From the NCBI GenBank assembly GCA_977862235.1, contig OZ374564.1:310001-374000 (forward strand): a DNA stretch of 64,000 nucleotides, in the 5' to 3' direction. The position numbers and the translations under genes were made by a program. Of this stretch, positions 9,666 to 18,291 are shown in pieces. This stretch comes from Dudresnaya verticillata. Lineage: Eukaryota. Position 1 is the first letter of the stretch. Every line of letters begins with the position of its first letter. Below the pieces are notes generated by a model that saw only the letters and a program-made list of their open reading frames with translations, did no database searches and was not told the DNA's origin.

Positions 9666-12632
9666 ATGAGTCCCAAGCAGAACAACGCCGCGCTACCACC
9701 TAAGGAGCAGAACCTGTTCAAGTCGGTTGTGCGCTTCTATGAAACCAAGCAGCTCAAGAAGGCTCTCAAGGCCGCCGACCAGATCCTCCGCCGCTACCCT
9801 GACCATGGCGAGACTCTCGCCATGAAGGGGCTTACCTTCAACGCCATGGACCGCAAGGCCGAGGCCACGGATCTCGTCCGCCGTGGCCTGCGCATGTGCA
9901 TGCGCTCGCACATCTGTTGGCACGTTTATGGCCTCCTCTACCGCTCCGAGCGCGACTACCGAGAAGCTGCCAAGGCTTACCTCAACGCCCTTCGCATCGA
10001 CAAAGACAACCAGCAGATCTTGCGAGACCTCGCCCTTCTACAAATCCAAATTCGCGACTATGACGGTCTGGAAGATACGCGGCGCACGCTGCTGACCGTA
10101 CGTCCCAATCAGCGCAACAATTGGATTGGGTTTGCACTTTCGTTTCACCTTCTGCGAAACTACAACACCGCCGTGTCTGTTCTGGACACCTACCAGGACA
10201 CCCTCACCCAGTCCAACCAGCAGGAAGATCGCTATGAGGTTTCCGAACTCCTCCTGTACAAAAACATGATCCTCGAGGAGAGCGGTGACCACGCTGCAGC
10301 CCTAGCACATCTGGACGAGTCCGCCCCTAAGCTGGTCGATCGCCTTGCCGTCCGCGAGACTCGCGCCAGACTTCTTTCGGCTCTGGGACGTTACGATGAG
10401 GCCGCGGAAGAGCTACACAGCCTTTTGGCTATCAACCCCGACAACCGCATCTACCACAAGGGCCTCCAGTCCTGCGCAATTAGAGCCTCTTCCGATCCCC
10501 CGCATGAGAAGCTAAACGGAAACTCGTTAGAGCACGGTACTGACGTGGAATGTATTCCCTTGGACGCAGATGGACAACTCTACAGTACTGATAAAGTCCG
10601 GGATCTGGAAATGCGAATTCTTGGGCCAACTCCGCCGATACAAACAGGGCAGGATGTGGAATGTGCTCTCAAAGTCTGCAATGAGCTCACGGAGAAGTAC
10701 CCGAGGAGTCGCACTGCACAAAGAATTGCGCTTGCTGTTTTGGAATCGGGAAAGCATCGCGAGTTCCTTCCGCGTGTTGATGTCTATGTCAGAAGATTTC
10801 TGCGAAAAGGTGTTCCTTCGCTGTTTTCGGATGTCAAGCAGCTCTACGTTGACCAGTCCAAAGCAGAAGCCATTGGTACGCTCTTCGAGAGCTATCGCGC
10901 AAGCCTCAAGAATCCGGATGTCGGCAAGCTCCCAGATTTGCTTCCTATGCCAGAGTCAGCGAGTGACGCCCTGTTGCCTGTACTCAAAACTGATGATATC
11001 GACGATGAACCTCCATGTACGCTCCTTTGGGTCCTATATTTCCTTGCGCGGCATTACGACCGATTGGGCATGCGCAACCAAGCGCTTGAGACAATCGAGG
11101 CTGCCATTGAGCACACCCCCACCGCAATTGAGTGCTACCTAGTCAAGGCACGCATTCTCAAGCACTGCGGCGACCTCAAAGGATCTGTGGAAGCCGCTGA
11201 TGAAGGCCGAAACCTTGATCTCGCAGATCGTTACCTGAACACTAAGTGTTCAAAGTATGCATTGCGTGCGGATATGATAACAGAAGCTGAAGCATGGGTA
11301 GGCCTGTTCACGCGAGATGCCGATTCAGGGGGCGTTCAGGCTTTGTACGATATGCAATGCATGTGGTTTGAGTTGGGAGCCGCTGAATCACATCTGCGAC
11401 GGGGTCAAATAGCAAAGGCACTGAAGAAGTTCTCCGCGGTTGATCGCCATTTTGCGGACATGGTAGAGGATCAGTTCGACTTCCATTCGTACTGCTTGCG
11501 AAAGGTGACATTGAGGGCTTATGTCAGCCTGTTGCGTTTCGAAGACCGCATTCGAGACCACCCGTATTTTGCGCGAGCGGCGGGAGGCTTGGTCAAGTGT
11601 TTGTTGCGGTTGTATGACTTACCAGAGAGGGAACGTATCCTAATGACTGGGGAACATGCTGACATTGAGGGCTTCGCGGACATGACTGACTCTGAACGAA
11701 AGAAGGCAATCTCGAAGCGGAAAAAACAACTCGCCCGGCAAAGGCAATCGCAGCAGGGATCCGCTGGTGGGAAGAGTGCTGGAAAACAAAATGCAGGGAA
11801 GCACAGCGCTGGCAAGCAAAATGCCGGGAGGCAAAATGCCGGTAAGGCTACCCCCAACGGCAACGACAAAAGTCACGGGACTGGGAACGAGCAGCCTGGG
11901 AAATCTGGAGGGAAGTCATCCGGTTCAGGGGGGAATGAGAACAAAGCGAAGGGAAACCTGGGTTGGATGGAATCCGATCCGGCTGGTACTGAACGTGTCA
12001 AAGAGCTGTTCAGCAAGGACAGCAAGAAAGACCCAATTCTCGAAGACGTCTCAAGAGTTGTGAGGGAATTACGGCGGCATCTTGGGCATCAGATACAAAC
12101 GCAGATGCTGTCCTTTGAGCTCGCCATACGGAAACGAAAATATTTACAAGCCTTGCGAGCCGTAAGGCATGCCAAACGGTACAACGCGGAGCATCCAGAT
12201 ACACTTTTGATATCAGTGAGACTTGCGCACGAGCTGATCCAGGAAGGAGTATCAGAATCATTTTCGGGGATTGTGAAGAGTGTCTATGATGCTGAAGGAA
12301 ACGTACTGGATGGAAAGTCGACCGTTGAATACACAAAGGCCTACCTTGAACGAAATCGAAATGTTGCAGAAAGACGGGTAGGTGGGGCAAGATGTATGCT
12401 GTGGTTGGCTAAAGAAGGAGTAGAAGGGGCTGGTATGGTGGAAGAGGCTGGGAAGCTGATATCGTCAGCTGTGGAAGAAAGCAGCGGCGATGGCACCGGG
12501 AGCAACGTGCTGTCAGCGGCATTCTGCCGAGATCTATTGATCGAACTGCGGCAAGGTGGGTTGCAAAGTGAAGTGGTGTCGTCTATTGCATCGAGTTGTC
12601 GCTCGCTTTATCCCAGAGCGAGTTGCTTCTAG
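9666..12632 (+). CDS. NAA15: N-alpha-acetyltransferase 15, NatA auxiliary subunit
   Basis: Motifs LPPKEQNLFKSVVRFYETKQLKK, HGETLAMKGL, SHICWHVYGLLYR, LDLADRYLNTKC, DMQCMWFE and EDQFDFHSYCLRK. TPR-rich and intronless. ATG in CCACCATG context. Confidence 0.96.
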   Translation: MSPKQNNAALPPKEQNLFKSVVRFYETKQLKKALKAADQILRRYPDHGETLAMKGLTFNAMDRKAEATDLVRRGLRMCMRSHICWHVYGLLYRSERDYREAAKAYLNALRIDKDNQQILRDLALLQIQIRDYDGLEDTRRTLLTVRPNQRNNWIGFALSFHLLRNYNTAVSVLDTYQDTLTQSNQQEDRYEVSELLLYKNMILEESGDHAAALAHLDESAPKLVDRLAVRETRARLLSALGRYDEAAEELHSLLAINPDNRIYHKGLQSCAIRASSDPPHEKLNGNSLEHGTDVECIPLDADGQLYSTDKVRDLEMRILGPTPPIQTGQDVECALKVCNELTEKYPRSRTAQRIALAVLESGKHREFLPRVDVYVRRFLRKGVPSLFSDVKQLYVDQSKAEAIGTLFESYRASLKNPDVGKLPDLLPMPESASDALLPVLKTDDIDDEPPCTLLWVLYFLARHYDRLGMRNQALETIEAAIEHTPTAIECYLVKARILKHCGDLKGSVEAADEGRNLDLADRYLNTKCSKYALRADMITEAEAWVGLFTRDADSGGVQALYDMQCMWFELGAAESHLRRGQIAKALKKFSAVDRHFADMVEDQFDFHSYCLRKVTLRAYVSLLRFEDRIRDHPYFARAAGGLVKCLLRLYDLPERERILMTGEHADIEGFADMTDSERKKAISKRKKQLARQRQSQQGSAGGKSAGKQNAGKHSAGKQNAGRQNAGKATPNGNDKSHGTGNEQPGKSGGKSSGSGGNENKAKGNLGWMESDPAGTERVKELFSKDSKKDPILEDVSRVVRELRRHLGHQIQTQMLSFELAIRKRKYLQALRAVRHAKRYNAEHPDTLLISVRLAHELIQEGVSESFSGIVKSVYDAEGNVLDGKSTVEYTKAYLERNRNVAERRVGGARCMLWLAKEGVEGAGMVEEAGKLISSAVEESSGDGTGSNVLSAAFCRDLLIELRQGGLQSEVVSSIASSCRSLYPRASCF

Positions 12633-13225
12633 AAGTACAGGAATAGCAGAGTGATGTGATGCAAAGCCGAAGGCACTTGTCGCTCGCATTTAGACAAGGT
12701 TTGCAGGCTGGAATTTTGTATTGCTGCATATGCGGATTGAGGTAGAGAAGTACGGTTGGCCATAAACAACAAGCACGGGATGCCGGGGGGGATGCAGGAC
12801 AACAAAGGCGCTGGTTTCGGTAGGCATCTGGATCGAGACCGCTTGCTGCAAGATACGGCAGTGGACTCACATCGCTAGCACAGCTGTAGGTAGATTGTTA
12901 GGCTGGTAGATGAAAATAGTTGCAGGGGTGCACTGCAGAGCAGGGTTGGGGAAGGCTCTTGCAGTGTGCCATGTGACACATAGATAGTAGGCGCAGCAAG
13001 GTAGGCTTGGAGCGACAAGGAAACGCCAGCGCATCGTAGTAGAAGCAAGGAGGACAGCTACGAAGCGACGTATCTTCAGTGGACGATGCAACCAACGCCT
13101 TCCACAGGAGGAAGGTATGGAGTTGGTCCGGACATCGCGCCGCAGGCGTGATTGTGCACTCGCATATGGTCAGCCAAAGCAACTCGGTCTGGGGAGACGT
13201 ATGAAGCGGCGGGATGCACCTGCTC

Positions 13226-14119
13226 CTACGCTGGGTCATGGCGATGCCAAAGCACAAGCCTACCAGCATGGTCACCGGCAACAAAGGCGTCACAGTGTGG
13301 GAAAGCAGCAACAGCCTGGACTACGCGATCCCCCATGTGGCATCTCTGGACAACTTTCTCCCCTTCGACAATATCCCAAACACAAACGTCGCCCTTCTCC
13401 GAACCGACAACGACGACGTCGTCACCAAAGCCGACCTGGCATGCCACAGCAAATTCCGCGTTAGCATGCCCACGGTACACACAAAGCACCTCGCCACTGG
13501 CCCGCTCTAGCATCCTGACATTCCCATCCAGGCATGCAGCGAGCAAACAGAGGCCGTCCCGGGAAAGCGCGACGGCGCCTACCGGGGCGCCTAGGCGATC
13601 CGCGGCGACAAGCCCCTTTCGTATGTCATACGCCCTGACAAAGCCATCCGCGCCTGCAGCAACAAGCTCGGCATCAAAGCAAAGCACGGCAGTGACGGCA
13701 TCTCGCGCGTCGCAAAGAGTTTGCACGGGGCGCAGGGGCGCGGTACGCAGGTCAAACAGGCGGACGGCGGCGTCCAAGCAGGCTGTGGCCACGATGCGCG
13801 GCGAAGCGAAGACCGCAGCATGCACGCGGTGCGGGTGCGGGAGGCGCGCCGTCGACTGCGCACGCGGCAGGTCCCATGCGCGCGCCGTGCGGTCTGCCGA
13901 CGCGGAGAGCGCGAGGGTGGCGTCTGAGGGGCATGAGACGACGCTCAGCACCTGGCGGCTGTGGCCGTGTAGCGATGTTGCTGAGAGCGAGTCGATCGCT
14001 TGCAGGTGCAACGAGCGCGACGCGCCGCCGCAGAGGATGTGCGTGCGCGTGGCGTGCGCGCAGAACACGGGTGACGGCGGGTTCGGCAGCGGCGTTGGGG
14101 TGTAGTGCGGTCCGGGCAT
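13226..14119 (-). CDS. WDR83: WD40 repeat protein WDR83/MORG1
   Basis: PVQTLCDARDAVTAV, DGFVRAYDIRKG, SRDGLCLLAACLDGNVRML, GEVLCVYRGHAN and GSEKGDVCVWDIVEG match MORG1/WDR83. First in-frame ATG at 14119. Confidence 0.85.
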   Translation of the reverse strand: MPGPHYTPTPLPNPPSPVFCAHATRTHILCGGASRSLHLQAIDSLSATSLHGHSRQVLSVVSCPSDATLALSASADRTARAWDLPRAQSTARLPHPHRVHAAVFASPRIVATACLDAAVRLFDLRTAPLRPVQTLCDARDAVTAVLCFDAELVAAGADGFVRAYDIRKGLVAADRLGAPVGAVALSRDGLCLLAACLDGNVRMLERASGEVLCVYRGHANAEFAVACQVGFGDDVVVVGSEKGDVCVWDIVEGEKVVQRCHMGDRVVQAVAAFPHCDAFVAGDHAGRLVLWHRHDPA

Positions 14120-14498
14120 TGCTTCGGTGAGGCGGTGGCAAGTGATGTTTCGACTGACGTCAATGCCCAACCGAAGACCTCGAATTATTCCTCGCAGTGG
14201 ACCGGCACCGAGCCCTCCACCGCATCGCCAGGTCACCACGCCCTGACTTCAGCGCCGCAGCTGCGGGCCGCGTCAACCCCATGCAACACGCCACCGGCAC
14301 CCCGCGCACCTGCGCCACTGCGCCGCGTCACCGCGCCGGCATGACGTAGCTACACCGCCCTCGCGGCGCTTGTGCCGTCTTGTCCTCACCACCGCCCCAC
14401 CCACACCACCGCCTCGAGCTCGCTGCCGCACCGCCGCACCGCTACACCGCCCTTCCGCCACACCGCCCGGCGCTCGCACCGCCGCCGATATCCGCTCT

Positions 14499-15524
14499 AT
14501 GCCACCGCGCCGCCCCATGCCGGCGTTCCTCCCGCCCAGCGCGCCGCGGCTCGCCACCTACCCTGTGGCCAGGGCCACCCCGTCTGTGTGCCACGCATCC
14601 ACACCGTCCTCGCACCTGCATGCGTTTCCACCCGCGTCCTCCGTCGCGGTCTCGCTGCAACCTCGGTGCTCCCATCCCGCGGCGCTCTCCACGGCAGCGT
14701 CCACCACGACCACGACCACAACCACGACAACCAGCCTCTCACCCTCTCTCGCAGGGCTGCCAACGCACGCCGCGCTGCTAAACCTGCGCCTGTCGGGCGG
14801 GTCGCACGCGCTGTTGCCAGAAGACATCTACGTTGCAGCGCAGCCGCACGCACCGCTAGCGGCACTGTTCGAGGCGGCGTTGCGGCGGCACGCCGAGCAC
14901 GTAGGGCGGTACATCCTGCGGTGCGAGAAGGCCGTGATCGTCGTAGTGCCTGGCACGGCGGGGTCGTTCTTCCACAGCGCGTCCGCGGCTCTGGCGGATG
15001 TGGTGCCGGCGCAGCGGCGCGGCGTAACGCCGCGGCTCATCTTCTGCGTGCGGCCCAACGCGGAGGTGATCCACGCGCTGCACGCTCGGCGGCGGCACAC
15101 ACTGTTGCTCAACGCGCGCGTGCAGCGGCGAGCGCTGCTGCACGACGACGTCTCGCAGGGCGACGTGAGCGGGGGTGCATCGCTGCGCGAGGTGTGGGAG
15201 CTGCTGGTGCAGGCCGTGCCGCACCTCGCGCAGCTGCGGCCGCTTGGGGCGCACGCGGCGCAGAGGGGCGAGATGGCGCTGCCTCTGAGGTTTGGGTTGG
15301 ACGATAGCGTGGGTGACTTTGTGCGGGCGGGTGGGAAACGGGTGGTGTTTCTGGTGGCGGGGCCACTGCACCATGAAGATTGGGATGCACGGCATGCGCA
15401 CAGGAACGGGGCAGAAGGGAAGAAGGGCAAGGCGATGCGGTTTAAATGTATGTTCCGGTTCCGGCAGGACGCTTGTGACCATGGGGTGCGTAAGATACAG
15501 TGGGGGTTGGTGCAGAAGAAGTGA
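14499..15524 (+). CDS. Hypothetical protein with a possible plastid transit peptide
   Basis: Long GC3-rich ORF. The N-terminus is Ser/Thr/Pro/Ala-rich (MPAFLPP at 14517) and is followed by a globular-looking region. No family recognised. The start could be 14499 or 14517. Confidence 0.55.
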   Translation: MPPRRPMPAFLPPSAPRLATYPVARATPSVCHASTPSSHLHAFPPASSVAVSLQPRCSHPAALSTAASTTTTTTTTTTSLSPSLAGLPTHAALLNLRLSGGSHALLPEDIYVAAQPHAPLAALFEAALRRHAEHVGRYILRCEKAVIVVVPGTAGSFFHSASAALADVVPAQRRGVTPRLIFCVRPNAEVIHALHARRRHTLLLNARVQRRALLHDDVSQGDVSGGASLREVWELLVQAVPHLAQLRPLGAHAAQRGEMALPLRFGLDDSVGDFVRAGGKRVVFLVAGPLHHEDWDARHAHRNGAEGKKGKAMRFKCMFRFRQDACDHGVRKIQWGLVQKK

Positions 15525-17278
15525 AGTGAGTGTGTTGCTCCAAGTTGTGGGCGAGATTGCATAAAGTGGGATGGATGCGGCGCTGGAGATGTTGCATGTT
15601 CTGTGGGTTGTTTGTTGTGGTGTGTTGTGGTTCGAGCAGTTCAAGTGGGTTTATTAGCAAAGTTTGACAAGCTCCGGCGTAACATGGCCTCTGTTTTGGA
15701 TGGATGTGGTCTCCGCGGACGTGGCTTGATGGGTATGCGGGCATGCGTTTTGGCAATGAACCGGGACTTGTCCATCTATCCGGCGCGCCCAAGTGCTCCC
15801 AGTGGGCATCGGGGCTGCGCGACTTGTATATCTCGCTTCGATCTGGGCTAGAAGGGTGATGGGTGTCAATGGGGTATGGCGTAGCACGTTGCCGGGGGCT
15901 GTAACAAGGTTTGCGTAGCGTCGACACACGTGTTGTGTCCATCTTGCGATAGAATGATTAACGTGCAGACAGGCACGAAGAAGAAGAAAAACATGTCATT
16001 GCAACGGTGCGGCACTTATGTGCCGTGCACTATTGTACAGTACCTGTCCAACAGTACCCACCTACAGTACTACAGTATACAGTACTGCAACACATGCGCC
16101 GGAAACGCGCCTCCCCGCTATGCCATGCGGCAGGCAGTCCTGCGCCGTTTCAGCGCGCCGGTTGGGCGCCGCAAGCGATCGAAGCGGCCAGGCGCCAGCT
16201 CGCATGGCTCGACCGCGCAGGATAGAGTAAGGCGCGCGCTTTGGCGCGGCTGGACAGCAGCACGTGCGCACGCGGAACGCGCGCCGCGGAGGGGCGAGTG
16301 AGCCCCCCGCCGGCCGCCCGCGGCGTTGGAGCCGCGTGTAACAAAAAGTGGAACAACAGCAACAGCAGCAGCAGCGGCGTCATGCCGCGCGCGGTGCTCT
16401 CTTGGCCGGGGCAGAACGAAGCAACGACGCGAATTGCGCGGAATATTAGCGCATTTCATACGTGTTTCTGGCTCGATGAGGTTGATCCAAATGTCGCATC
16501 GCGCCCGCAGCACGGGCCGCGAGTTGCGTGCGGATCCGACATCCTTTCGCACAAGCGCGCCGAGGAGCAAGATACAACCTCGTACTGTTGCGCGTGCAGT
16601 CGCTGCCCGCCGACGCTTCGCGCTCCGAACCGCCGCTACCAATACCGCCATATGCGCCTTACGTCTTCCTCACCCCAAACATCACCTTGTGCATCACCTT
16701 GGCCCGTATCGCCGCACCATGTTTGTAGCTATATCACTTTTTGCTGTATCTTTGGCTCTCTTTGTTGCCATGCGTCGCGCCAATTGCCACAAACTTGTTT
16801 GTTGACTACGTACAACATTCGCATTCACATTTACAACCGGAGAGCCCAGGCGCTTTGGATCCCCAATTGAGAATAACAAGTCTCCAACAACTCGCCAATT
16901 TTGTTGCGCTGCAGTATTCAATTGTACTCTCGCAAACCGCCCAACTTTTGCGTGGCCTCTGCAGCGTGTCACAGCACATGCCAATGCCAGCAGCGAAGCT
17001 CTCTAAAAACAAAATCTACTACTGTACGAAGAATGCGCTTTTGAGACGGCTACATAGTAAAGCACACTAGTTCGGATCCACTTGTCAAGTAAGAACTGCA
17101 GACAGTTTATTGCTGGGGTCAGTGGCCAAGTAAAAGGGAGCGGAGCCCACACACAAAACCTTTTATGTGGGCCTACGCTAAGTAACCTGGCGGGAGAGGA
17201 GCCATCAGTTGTTTCGAGTTGGTAGTTGTTGAGTTAATGAGTCGACGTTAACAAAAAACCTTTGCGCGAGCTACATTC

Positions 17279-18091
17279 TTAAAACTGTCGGATCGACGAG
17301 CAAACAGTCCGAGCTCCGTCTTCATCCGGGAAGTTAAGTAAGTTGCAAATGGAGATTGGCGACGAGTGCGCGCTCTTCGACCCACCCGCGTCCGACGCCC
17401 CACCACGCCCCGCAACCCCGTCGTTCTGAGGCGACACGAGCCGGTCGACAGCCATCTTGGGGTGCGTGGCGCGCGTCGCGACCACGGCGGGGCTGGTGTG
17501 GTAGTGGTGGTATGCAGCATGTCGCGCATGCGCATGTGCATGAGCGTGCGCGTACGCGTGCGACGAGTCGCGGTAGTACGCGTCCGGCCGCGAGTCCGTG
17601 GCGCTCGACGACGACGACGACAGGTTCTTGTTAATGGCCGACGCAGAGCTGGGCCGCACGCACACCGCGCTCAGGCTCGGCTGCAGCACGCACGACGACG
17701 GCGTCGACGTCACCAGCGACGACGGCGCGCTGTGGCTGTGGTGCGTCTGGCGCGCGCGCTTCGGGCCCGGCTTGAGGCGCTTGCGGTCGGTAGTGCGGTG
17801 CTTCCTCTTCCATCGGATGCCGCACGCGTTGCACAGGAGGACCTTGCCTGCGGGCGTGGGGGAGCGTTTGTTGCGAGTTTTGGCGGAGGGGGACGGCGGG
17901 ATGTTAGACGCTTTGCTAGTGTCGGTGGCGGCGTGCGACGCGCTTGCCCGGCGGCGCGGCGCGAGGGCAGACGTACCGGAAAGACCGTAGCGCCATTGCG
18001 AGGTGGTGGTGGTGTGGCAGGTCTGGCAGGCGCGCTGGGGGATGGGTATGTTGGGGTGCGAGGAGGGCGTGAGGAGCTCGGGGAGCGTCAT
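17279..18091 (-). CDS. GATA zinc-finger transcription factor (GATA-A), 2 exons
   Basis: Exons 18091-17977 and 17847-17279. Removing intron 17976-17848 (GTACGT..CTAAC..GCAG) gives CQTC-HTTTTSQWRYGLSGKVLL-CNAC (C-X2-C-X18-C-X2-C), followed by the basic GIRWKRK. Confidence 0.9.
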   Translation of the reverse strand: MTLPELLTPSSHPNIPIPQRACQTCHTTTTSQWRYGLSGTSALAPRRRASASHAATDTSKASNIPPSPSAKTRNKRSPTPAGKVLLCNACGIRWKRKHRTTDRKRLKPGPKRARQTHHSHSAPSSLVTSTPSSCVLQPSLSAVCVRPSSASAINKNLSSSSSSATDSRPDAYYRDSSHAYAHAHAHAHARHAAYHHYHTSPAVVATRATHPKMAVDRLVSPQNDGVAGRGGASDAGGSKSAHSSPISICNLLNFPDEDGARTVCSSIRQF

Positions 18092-18094
18092 GGC

Positions 18095-18119
18095 GGGGGG
18101 GGGGGGGGGGGGGGGGGGG
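18095..18119. repeat. Poly-G(25) tract (poly-C on the GATA-A sense strand, just before the ATG)
   Basis: Direct observation. Confidence 0.9.
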
Positions 18120-18281
18120 AGGGAGGGAGGGAGGGGAGCGGGGGGCCTGAGAGGGGAGGGGCGGCGGGAGGGGGCAGAGCAGGGAGCGAGGGGCAGAGGG
18201 GCCGGTAAAAGTAAAGTAACGGGTGCCGGTAAGCAACGCGATGAGGGGGGATGGGGGGGGTGCGGAAAAAGTGGTGACACG

Positions 18282-18291
18282 TTTATAAATA
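18282..18291 (-). promoter_or_regulatory. Putative TATA box of GATA-A
   Basis: TATTTATAAA on the minus strand ~190 bp upstream of the ATG, embedded in GC-rich sequence. Confidence 0.35.

Noticed and set aside
16118..16870. Overlapping 150-210 aa ORFs on both strands
   Set aside because: Arg/Ala/Cys-rich translations typical of GC-rich non-coding DNA; no motif.
17181..17210. U1 snRNA-like start (AGTAACCTGGCGGGAGAG)
   Set aside because: Lacks the exact ATACTTACCTG 5' end, the loop motifs and an Sm site.
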